In this document: one piece after another, positions 36,636-44,396 of the stretch
How the letters are laid out: each line of letters opens with the position of its first letter
Numbering within the stretch: position 1 is the stretch's first letter
IMG/VR virus record: IMGVR_UViG_3300047510_002509
Reading direction: 5' to 3' (one strand)
From: a virus
Length of the DNA: 64,000 nt
Position numbers and translations under genes: made by a program
Notes under the pieces: model-generated
Database searches by the model: none
Seen by the model: only the letters and a program-made list of their open reading frames with translations
Told to the model about the DNA's origin: nothing

Positions 36636-36833
36636 ATGAAGAGTCAGCGCATCGCTGAAGAAGCAGCAAAGTTGTATGTAGATGGTTTGGCAGTTGAGGC
36701 AGTAGCCCAGAAGTTGGGCGTTGCCTACAGAACAGCACGCAAAGCCATAAAAGCAAGTGGGATTGAGTTTAGAGACCCGTCCCAGCGTTTGGTGGGCAGA
36801 ACCCGCCCAGATAGGAGTATTACCAATGCCTAA
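36636..36833 (+). CDS. Helix-turn-helix DNA-binding protein
   Basis: LY..G..VE.VA.KLGV.Y.T.RK.I...G. Confidence 0.8.
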   Translation: MKSQRIAEEAAKLYVDGLAVEAVAQKLGVAYRTARKAIKASGIEFRDPSQRLVGRTRPDRSITNA

Positions 36834-36972
36834 GAACATTGTTTGGACAGCGCTGATTTCGGCGCTCGCAGGGGCAGGTGCAGTCATCTCTGCATTTGTA
36901 GGAGCATCAGATTTCGTGATGGCGTTTGGTGCAGTAGCAATTTCGTCTGCCATCTTGAGTGGAAGAGAGTAA
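36826..36972 (+). CDS. Small 2-TM protein
   Basis: AGGAG SD; hydrophobic. Confidence 0.6.
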   Translation: MPKNIVWTALISALAGAGAVISAFVGASDFVMAFGAVAISSAILSGRE

Positions 36973-36979
36973 CTATTAG

Positions 36980-37375
36980 ATGTGGCTATTTACTGATACA
37001 GGTTTTGTTAGTGCGGTCGTCTCGAAGGAGAACAGAGAGTTGATTTCTGTTCGTGCTCGCGACAAGAAGTCCCTTGAGTCATTTGTGAAGATGTTCAAGG
37101 TAAAAATCGTGGAACTCCAGAACAGGGACTACGAGTATCGTGTCTACATCACTAAAGAGCAATTGACCAAGTGGATTTCCACCCGCGTTGAGGAGTTGAA
37201 CTACGATAACTTCAAGACGCAGGTGACAAAGACCCGTGGCTATGAGTTTGCCGAGCCTCTGCACGGAGTCTGGTATGAGATGCTCGAGGTGTCCGATAAG
37301 CGTAAAAAGACCAAAAAGGGGAGCAGTTTAGGCTCACGCTGGTATGAAGAAGAGCACAGTCTTCCTTACGCGTAG
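36980..37375 (+). CDS. Conserved phage protein
   Basis: MWLFT..GFVSAV...VRAR...DY.YR...Y.NFK. Confidence 0.75.
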   Translation: MWLFTDTGFVSAVVSKENRELISVRARDKKSLESFVKMFKVKIVELQNRDYEYRVYITKEQLTKWISTRVEELNYDNFKTQVTKTRGYEFAEPLHGVWYEMLEVSDKRKKTKKGSSLGSRWYEEEHSLPYA

Positions 37376-37523
37376 TCGGAGTGTCGAGGTTTGACACCCT
37401 TTCTGACCCCTGTGCTATGGTTTTACAGATGAAACGACACATTAGACAAAACGAAGGGCGTCCTAGCCCATTGGTTGCGAGTAACTAGCAACCTGCCCAT
37501 GTCCCCTAACAAAGGAGAAGCAA

Positions 37524-38177
37524 ATGCGAAACCCTTTATTTCGCCATGCCGAAACCACAGTGTTTGGTGTGATAGCAGCAGTGCTAGCAGGAGCAGTCGT
37601 GTGGAGCGCGGCAGCAAGTGCAGAAACTAATCGAGTAGATGCAGTAGAAGCAGCAGCCCCCGTTGTTGTTGTTAATGAAGAAGTGCGGCTATTCAAAGTA
37701 GTTGCGGCGAAGATTGACAGAGCTGCGACAGAAGAGAAGAAGCTGCAAGAGGTAAAAAATCTGAAAGCCGAGATACAGCTTGAGCTGTTTGAGGAACGAA
37801 AAGTCCCTCTAGCTGAGATAGAACTAAAGAACTTACTGAAGTTGGTAGGTTTTGAAGGTCAATCCCTCAAGGCAGCTTGGGCTATCGTGATGACTGAATC
37901 CAATGGTCGTCCAAAAGCACATAATGGGAACGCCTCAACAGGCGATAACTCATACGGACTATTCCAAATAAACATGATTGGTTCTCTTGGAGAGGCTCGT
38001 AGAGCCAAGTATGAACTCAAGTCCAATGATGATTTGTTTGACCCAGTAACTAACGCAACCATCGCATACAAGATGAGTGCGGGTGGAACTGACTTCTCAG
38101 CGTGGAAGGTTAGAGGGTATAATCAAGGTAGTGAGAGATTTAGAACATTTCTCGCTGAATACCCATCAGATAAATAA
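37524..38177 (+). CDS. Secreted lytic transglycosylase (SLT/lysozyme-like)
   Basis: Signal or TM segment; AIVMTES.G catalytic Glu; SYGLFQIN; DP..NA; F.AW. Confidence 0.88.
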   Translation: MRNPLFRHAETTVFGVIAAVLAGAVVWSAAASAETNRVDAVEAAAPVVVVNEEVRLFKVVAAKIDRAATEEKKLQEVKNLKAEIQLELFEERKVPLAEIELKNLLKLVGFEGQSLKAAWAIVMTESNGRPKAHNGNASTGDNSYGLFQINMIGSLGEARRAKYELKSNDDLFDPVTNATIAYKMSAGGTDFSAWKVRGYNQGSERFRTFLAEYPSDK

Positions 38178-38186
38178 AGGATAACC

Positions 38187-38843
38187 ATGAGCGATGAGAA
38201 AAACCTAAACGAGGGCACTCATCACCCTGACATTTTGGACCAGGGTGGCGTCAATGTCCCACAAGGTTTCAACCCAGATGCAACCGATGGTGATGGTGAT
38301 GGGTTCGTGCAAGATGGTACCGAGTGGGAGCGTCCCGTTGATGGGTTCAATCCAGATGCCAAAGATGGCGATGGAGATGGATTTGTTCAAGACGCAACCA
38401 AATGGGAACGCCCTGCGGAGCCTGTTGCTGTTGCGGTAGAGCCAGAAACTATTCCAGTAGTGATGGCAGCAGCTGTTGAAGAAGCAGCTCCAGTTGTAGA
38501 AGCAGCTCCAGCTGCACCTGCAAAGAGAAACAAGGGTAAAAAATCCAGCACATCAGCTGTGATCCCAACGGAAATCGAAGAAGGATCTGTTGTTCTTCTT
38601 TCTAAACTCGTATTTCAGTCAAACACTGAGCAGAACAGCAACTCCGTTCGTGTACTTCAGGCTCGTTTGATGGAGCATGGCTACATCACTGCTGGTGATG
38701 ACAAGCCAGGCTGGGTAAGTACGGGAACTGTTGAAGCCCTAGAAGACTACAAGAAAGATAATGGAATCGAAGCAGATAGTATTTACGCCGAGGACGTCAT
38801 CAAGTCCTTGTTTGTAGGCACATCAGTTCAAGTTCTTCCATAG
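38187..38843 (+). CDS. Protein with two DGDGDG repeats and a C-terminal peptidoglycan-binding-like domain
   Basis: GFNPDA.DGDGDGFVQD.T.WERP twice; V..LQ.RL...GY...G.....T..AL..Y. Confidence 0.7.
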   Translation: MSDEKNLNEGTHHPDILDQGGVNVPQGFNPDATDGDGDGFVQDGTEWERPVDGFNPDAKDGDGDGFVQDATKWERPAEPVAVAVEPETIPVVMAAAVEEAAPVVEAAPAAPAKRNKGKKSSTSAVIPTEIEEGSVVLLSKLVFQSNTEQNSNSVRVLQARLMEHGYITAGDDKPGWVSTGTVEALEDYKKDNGIEADSIYAEDVIKSLFVGTSVQVLP

Positions 38844-38945
38844 TTTTACAAGTATCAACGCCCAGTATCTCTGAGAAAATCGGAGTGCTGGGCGTTGGTG
38901 TTTTAACGCCAACGCATGGGTACGGACTATGGAAGGGCGGTTCTC

Positions 38946-39215
38946 ATGTCAGCATACAAAATGAGTAAGAAAACCTCTGGGATTATGAAAAGAATCCTTG
39001 CGGTGTTCTCTGCATCTGGGTTGTCTGTGATTGGTGCTGGTGCTATTGCTGGTGTCGAACTATGGCAAGCAGTCTTGATGGCAGGTATTGGTGGTGTAGC
39101 AACAGTGGTTGAAGCCCTGAGTCGCGCATACCTTACCGATGGCAAGCTCACTGAAGATGAAATTAATGACATCTTCGTTGAGGCTGAAGCAAAAACATCT
39201 AAGAAAGCAAAGTAA
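38946..39215 (+). CDS. Holin-like membrane protein
   Basis: Hydrophobic segments; DGKLT..EI; start uncertain. Confidence 0.55.
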   Translation: MSAYKMSKKTSGIMKRILAVFSASGLSVIGAGAIAGVELWQAVLMAGIGGVATVVEALSRAYLTDGKLTEDEINDIFVEAEAKTSKKAK

Positions 39216-39282
39216 TTCAGATGTTGGAGGGCCTGGTGATCGGAATTTTTACCCTCCCAGGCCCTCTACTCCCATAGCAAAA

Positions 39283-39316
39283 GAAAAACCCCGCCGAAGC
39301 GGGGTTCTCTTTTTTA
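39283..39316. terminator. Bidirectional terminator
   Basis: AAAAACCCCGC-CGAA-GCGGGGTTCTCTTTTT between convergent genes. Confidence 0.85.
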
Positions 39317-39320
39317 GGTT

Positions 39321-39554
39321 CTATTCGACATTTCTTTCAATGTCGCGGGTTGCCCCACAAGTTGGACAAGCCCACTCGTAATACTCCATGTCGTGATACA
39401 ACTCAATGTCTACATCTGCCTCGACATCTTCAACCTCGAACATCTTACACTCTTCGTTGTAGCAAGCCTCTGCACGGACATCACTCCACTCCCTCTGAGC
39501 CCCTGCGATTTGGTATTCGTTTCCTGTAACACCTGCTGGGTAGTAGCCTGACAT
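39321..39554 (-). CDS. Zinc-ribbon protein
   Basis: YPAGVTG.E..IAG; C...C; CPTC; ACGACGAAAGGA leader and own promoter. Confidence 0.8.
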   Translation of the reverse strand: MSGYYPAGVTGNEYQIAGAQREWSDVRAEACYNEECKMFEVEDVEADVDIELYHDMEYYEWACPTCGATRDIERNVE

Positions 39555-39700
39555 TTGTTTTCCTTTCGTCGTTTGCCTCTATACGGATAACTGTAGCACC
39601 TTCCTGCACTTTTGCAAGTAGACACGCCGTTTATTACATCACATTTAGGTAACAAAAAACCCTCCCCAAGAAGGGAGGGAGGGTCTTTCGTTTGAGTTAT

Positions 39701-40030
39701 TTAGGAGGCAACTAATAACTCACGGACTCGTTGTGCGGTGTCTGTAGCCAGAGCAAGGGTCTGACCCTCATCATCTGTGCCACCCGTTAGGACGACATCA
39801 CCAACGACGAAATCTGAACCCACCCAGAAAGTCTTATCCCAGAGTTTCTGTGCGGCTTGGTTGTGCGGTAGCCCTATGAGTTTGCCCTCTTCATTGAGCC
39901 ACATTGTCAAGTCTGGTGCTAGGTCTACGGCTTGCACCCACCCACCAACTGCGGTCTGTAATTCTTGAAGCCCCACTTTATCTAGGGTTTCCATTGTGCC
40001 GTCTGCCTTGAGAACTAGTGCGGTAGTCAT
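39701..40030 (-). CDS. DUF3846-like protein
   Basis: L.ELQ..VGG.V; NEEGKL.GLP.N; D.VVG.VV..G. Confidence 0.8.
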   Translation of the reverse strand: MTTALVLKADGTMETLDKVGLQELQTAVGGWVQAVDLAPDLTMWLNEEGKLIGLPHNQAAQKLWDKTFWVGSDFVVGDVVLTGGTDDEGQTLALATDTAQRVRELLVAS

Positions 40031-40242
40031 TAGGAAGCTCTCCCCCAGATAATGTCTTGCACTTCTTCTGCGGGCATCTCCCTGTGAGCGACACACCCGT
40101 CATTGGTGCGGGACTCTTCAGTCACCTGAAAGTCAGTCACATACCGTGACCCCGAGAACAACTCTCGAACATCTTTGATACGGTCTACATGGAAGTGATA
40201 CTTTGTTCCACCTGCGGTGATTGCTACACCATAAGTTTTCAT
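40030..40242 (-). CDS. Hypothetical protein
   Basis: GACGAAAGAGG leader; promoter 40290-40317. Confidence 0.7.
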   Translation of the reverse strand: MKTYGVAITAGGTKYHFHVDRIKDVRELFSGSRYVTDFQVTEESRTNDGCVAHREMPAEEVQDIIWGRAS

Positions 40243-40289
40243 CTTTGCCTCTTTCGTCATTTATGCGGTGAGCCTCTCACCACTCCTCT

Positions 40290-40353
40290 AATCTAGCACC
40301 TTCCTGCATAATGTCAAGCCCAACCTCAGTGAATTAGATAACAGTTTGGTAAC
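40290..40353 (-). promoter_or_regulatory. Leftward promoter with TGCAGGAA box and GTTAC-N6-GTTAT box
   Basis: Reverse strand reads TTGACA-16-TAGATT; box lies 20 nt upstream of -35. Confidence 0.75.
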
Positions 40354-40359
40354 AAGTTT

Positions 40360-40930
40360 TTAGCACTCTAAGCCTAGAGTGCTAATCCCAACATCACAAT
40401 AACTCAGCCCCAGCCAGTAGCCCAGCCAGACTTAGCCAGGCACACATGTACCAGGTCAGACATTTGTAAGTTGTTTGTATCTGTCAGCACAACATTTGCT
40501 ACTCGTCAGTAGCCACCACCTGACCCACCACCTGACCCACCACCTCCACCTGTCTAGTCATTGACCTAAGCACAAGTCTTGACCACTAGCACTAGACATT
40601 AGACATCAAGCCCACCTTGACAAGACATTGACTAGAAACTTTAGACAAGAACTAGTCATTGACTAGACACATTGACAACAAAAGAACAACCTCCAGATTT
40701 ACAACCTGCACAAAAAATAAAAAACATCTTTATTTGACACCCCCCCTCCCCCCTGCAGAATAAAAACAACATGCATTGACAAGCAGCAGCACATTTTTTG
40801 ATTGACAGAAAAAAGCTCGACGACATCAAAAAAAGCCCGGAACGATTTGGAGAAAGGCTCCTAGCATGCAGAGCCGTCTCACAGGCCAAAACAAAAAAAC
40901 GTTAAGGTTCATAAAAACGCTGCTGCCGTA
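40360..40930. repeat. A/C-skewed non-coding region with many TWGAC words and CCACCTGACCCA repeats
   Basis: Nine TTGAC between 40561 and 40806; tandem repeat 40513-40551. Confidence 0.7.
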
Positions 40931-40979
40931 CAAAGATTTAGCTCCGTACGGCTCCTCTAAAAGCCTGTACACTAAGTAA

Positions 40980-41474
40980 GTGGATATCCCAACCTTGCCT
41001 GCAGATGAAGTAACCTTCATCAAATCTTTGCCACGCCCACAAGCTGAGGCCCGTATGCGAGCCCTCTGGGAGGTTGGCTGGTCCCTACAATCAATCGGGT
41101 CCTCTCTCGTTCCTCAACGCCCTAAAACCACAATCCACTTCTGGGTCAAGCGAGCCACCCCTGAGGAGCAACATAGGCAGGTACCTTCACCGCCTCCACG
41201 CTCTCTGACAACCAGCGTTCCGACAAGGACTGCTCCTCGAGTTAGAACGATTTCTCCGGGCGTCCCCGAGCATCTAAAAAGCGAGATTAAGCAGTTATCT
41301 CTACAAGCAAGACTCTACCGAGCAAAAACGCCGATGGGTCATCCTGTAGCCCTTGCTAACGATCAATTAACTACAATGGTTAAAACCCTCTACACAATGG
41401 GCGTTCCTGCACAAGCATTAGCCGATGCCGCTGGAGTTTCTTACAGAGCAATGATTCGAAGGATAACAAAATGA
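40980..41474 (+). CDS. Double helix-turn-helix regulator (leaderless)
   Basis: GWSLQSIG...KTTIHFWV and GVP...LADAAGVSY..M; TACACT-6-GTG. Confidence 0.7.
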   Translation: MDIPTLPADEVTFIKSLPRPQAEARMRALWEVGWSLQSIGSSLVPQRPKTTIHFWVKRATPEEQHRQVPSPPPRSLTTSVPTRTAPRVRTISPGVPEHLKSEIKQLSLQARLYRAKTPMGHPVALANDQLTTMVKTLYTMGVPAQALADAAGVSYRAMIRRITK

Positions 41475-41632
41475 CCCGTCTTAGATTCACTCGCTACAAC
41501 AACAGTGGCAGCTTGGGCAACACCTACGTCTTCGGGTTTAATATCTACAGAGATGACCGACGTTTATTTACCATTGACCTAATTATCGGCAAACGAGTCT
41601 TTGTTTTCTACCTTGAGCGGAGAGACTCGTGA
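41471..41632 (+). CDS. 53-aa protein (not in ORF track)
   Basis: AAGGA SD; overlaps both neighbours by 4 nt. Confidence 0.55.
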   Translation: MTRLRFTRYNNSGSLGNTYVFGFNIYRDDRRLFTIDLIIGKRVFVFYLERRDS

Positions 41633-41952
41633 ACACCGTCTTTAAGAACAAGACTGGTTCCTACGCCCCCACCGAGCTGTCCATTGTTGTGTGGTCTAAC
41701 CAAAAAGGCAGGGGTAGAGCCCTTGAGACTATGACTACCGACGATTCCACTATGCCAATCGTTTTCCCCACTGCCTATCTTAAGAAAAGGCGCGAGTGGG
41801 GCCTTGCCACATTTGTGTCCACACAGCAAGAGGTTTTTGACCTTCTACCTAAGAGCACCAAAAGAAGTCCTCTAATAATCCCAATGCCGATTGCCAAATC
41901 AGCCTTGGGCTGGGACAACTTCTATATCCCAACTGAATACGTAGAGGAATAA
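41629..41952 (+). CDS. Hypothetical protein
   Basis: Coupled ORF. Confidence 0.65.
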   Translation: MNTVFKNKTGSYAPTELSIVVWSNQKGRGRALETMTTDDSTMPIVFPTAYLKKRREWGLATFVSTQQEVFDLLPKSTKRSPLIIPMPIAKSALGWDNFYIPTEYVEE

Positions 41953-42323
41953 TGAGAAAACAACTAGATGTCTTTCCAGCAATCGTAAAAGTCATTTCTC
42001 CGGGCTCCCTTTCCGACCTAAGCCTCGCTAACGTCAAAGGGGATATGCCACAAGGGACAAGGAAGTTGGACCGTTGTAGGGTTGTGGTGCTTGGCGACAC
42101 GATTGTGATTGCCGTTGACTCTCCTGAGGGGCCTCAGCTAGTCTTCCGCGAGCGGGTTGTTGAAATGCTCAATGAGAAGGGCTTAGACAGGGTAAAAACC
42201 GAATCAGGCAAAATGCTGGCTTTTATCAAGGACAATAACTGCGGGTGTGGGTCTCGGCTTCGTAGTTGGAACCCTTTTGGAAACATCGTCTCATCTACGG
42301 AGGACCCAAGTGGAATTATTTGA
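41952..42323 (+). CDS. Hypothetical protein with CGCGS motif
   Basis: Coupled ORF upstream of DUF1360 and portal. Confidence 0.7.
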   Translation: MRKQLDVFPAIVKVISPGSLSDLSLANVKGDMPQGTRKLDRCRVVVLGDTIVIAVDSPEGPQLVFRERVVEMLNEKGLDRVKTESGKMLAFIKDNNCGCGSRLRSWNPFGNIVSSTEDPSGII

Positions 42324-42594
42324 GTTTGTAATACTCGCCCTTGCAACCTTTCGTATCACCAGACTAATAACGCGAGACGTTATTACCGAACCAATAAGGA
42401 GTAGAGTCTGGAAAAAGCTACCCCCAGAGTCTTCCAAGATTGGCTACCTATTCACTTGCGAGTGGTGTATGTCGATTTGGGTAGCATCACTTGTCTACGT
42501 ATGCTTTATCATTACATCAGTAACTGTTATCCTTTTAGTGCCATTCGCACTATCAGCCGTAGCAGGACTGTTGACTGCGTATGAGGACAAATAG
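42310..42594 (+). CDS. DUF1360-family membrane protein
   Basis: LA..R.TRL.T.D.I..P.R; L..C.WC.S.W. Confidence 0.8.
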   Translation: MELFEFVILALATFRITRLITRDVITEPIRSRVWKKLPPESSKIGYLFTCEWCMSIWVASLVYVCFIITSVTVILLVPFALSAVAGLLTAYEDK

Positions 42595-42626
42595 CTCATG
42601 CTCCGTAACAAAGTGAAGGGTTAACA

Positions 42627-44396
42627 ATGGCGGTATTCAAAAAAGAAGAGCCAGTACAAGAGCCAGTTGTTTCTGAAACCAAGAAACCACGTCCTCGTCG
42701 CCGTACTCGTACTAACCGCTCTACTCAAATTATTGAGAGAACAGTAGCTCCTCAGCCTTCTGGCATTCTTTCAGTTTTCACTTCACCAAACTCACCAGCT
42801 CCGCTTTCTTACAACACTCCTCGTTCTATGACTGCAGCAGCAGTTCAAGTCAAAGTAAATGACAAAGGCGAGTTCGAACAGTTTAAGCAACGTCGTAGCG
42901 CATCCTCATCTGCATGGCAGGCCGAAGCTTGGGAGTATTACGACGCAATTGGTGAAATTAAATACGCATTTAATCTTGTTGCATCTGTTGTCTCACGTAT
43001 TCGTATATACGCAGCTGCAATTGATGACCCATCACAGGCTCCAGTTTCAGTACACGAGTCTCGAGTAATTGACCAACGTCTTGCATCAGCAGCAGAGCGT
43101 GCTCTTGACCGTCTTAACTCTGCATATGGAGGCCAAGCAGGTCTTCTTAAAGATGCAGCTCTTAATCTTTCAGTTGCTGGTGAATGTTATCTAGTACAAA
43201 TGCCAGCTCGTCCAGGTTCAGGAATTCCTGAATCTTGGGACGTCCGTTCCGTTGACGAAGTTGTAACAGATGCACGTGGTGGATTTAATGTTATTGGTCG
43301 CCGTGAGCAGGGTGCAGGTCAAGGTGGCGGTGCATCAATGGGAGTTAACAAACTTAATAAAGGTTCCTTTGTAGGACGTATCTGGCGTTCACATCCACGT
43401 TTCTCTGATGAAGCAGATTCTTCTCTACGCGGTCTTCTAGATCTTTGCGCAGAACTACTTCTCCTCAACAGAACATTCCGTGCAACTGCACGCTCTCGCC
43501 TCAACGCAGGAGCACTTTATCTTCCAGACGGACTTTCTGTTGCTGCACAAGCAGACCCTAACTATCCATACGATTCTGAAGACGGAATGGGAGCGGGCTT
43601 TACTGCAGAAGAAGCAGAAGACGAATTTGAAGAGCAACTCATCGATGCGATGACAACTCCGATTCGTGATGAAGAATCTGCGAGCGCTGTTGTTCCTCTT
43701 ATCATTCGCGGTCCTGCAGAACTTGGTGACCGCATCAAGCAATTTAAGTTTGAGCGTTCTTTCGACCCAGCACTTGCTGAGCGTTCAGACCGTGTACTAG
43801 AGCGCATTCTTCAAGGTCTTGATGTTCCAAAGGACATCGTCACAGGTCTTGCAAATGTTAAGTACTCCAACGCGATGCAAATCGACGAGTCTCTGTACAA
43901 GGCACACATCGAACCATTGATGCTTCTCATCTCAGACGCTCTTACAGTTGTCTACCTACGCCCATATCTAATGGCAAATGGTTTCACCGAGTCTGAAGTA
44001 AATAGAATTGTTGTTTGGTACGACCCATCAGCAGTCTCAACACGTAACGACCGTGCTGCAGATGCAGATGCAGGTTACGACCGCATGGCAGTTTCTGCTG
44101 ACACATGGCGTCGTGCTCACGGCTTCTCAGACCAAGATGCTCCTACTCCAACAGAAGTTGCTCTACGACTTCTACAAGAGCGTGGCGCAATCACACCAGA
44201 ACTTACAGAGGCAATGCTTAAAGCTGTTGCACCAGATGTGATGCAAGCAGTTCAGCAAGTAAGCCAAGAAAGTTCTGTTGCTCCAATGTCACCAGAGTTG
44301 CAAACTCTTCTTGACGGTGCAATTGGCGAAGCTCCAGCAGAGACTCCAACCGAGGAACCAGCAACACCTGCACCAACTGAGGAGGCTCAGCAGTAA
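42627..44396 (+). CDS. Portal protein
   Basis: Size and position at the start of the head operon; WQ.EAW..YD.IGE, L.VAGE, RIWR.HP, RL..AG, GLD.P motifs of actinophage portals. Confidence 0.8.
   Translation: MAVFKKEEPVQEPVVSETKKPRPRRRTRTNRSTQIIERTVAPQPSGILSVFTSPNSPAPLSYNTPRSMTAAAVQVKVNDKGEFEQFKQRRSASSSAWQAEAWEYYDAIGEIKYAFNLVASVVSRIRIYAAAIDDPSQAPVSVHESRVIDQRLASAAERALDRLNSAYGGQAGLLKDAALNLSVAGECYLVQMPARPGSGIPESWDVRSVDEVVTDARGGFNVIGRREQGAGQGGGASMGVNKLNKGSFVGRIWRSHPRFSDEADSSLRGLLDLCAELLLLNRTFRATARSRLNAGALYLPDGLSVAAQADPNYPYDSEDGMGAGFTAEEAEDEFEEQLIDAMTTPIRDEESASAVVPLIIRGPAELGDRIKQFKFERSFDPALAERSDRVLERILQGLDVPKDIVTGLANVKYSNAMQIDESLYKAHIEPLMLLISDALTVVYLRPYLMANGFTESEVNRIVVWYDPSAVSTRNDRAADADAGYDRMAVSADTWRRAHGFSDQDAPTPTEVALRLLQERGAITPELTEAMLKAVAPDVMQAVQQVSQESSVAPMSPELQTLLDGAIGEAPAETPTEEPATPAPTEEAQQ

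Noticed and set aside
41629-42626. Large terminase upstream of the portal
   Set aside because: Only small ORFs with no Walker A or RNase H-like nuclease motifs; TerL presumably lies outside the window.
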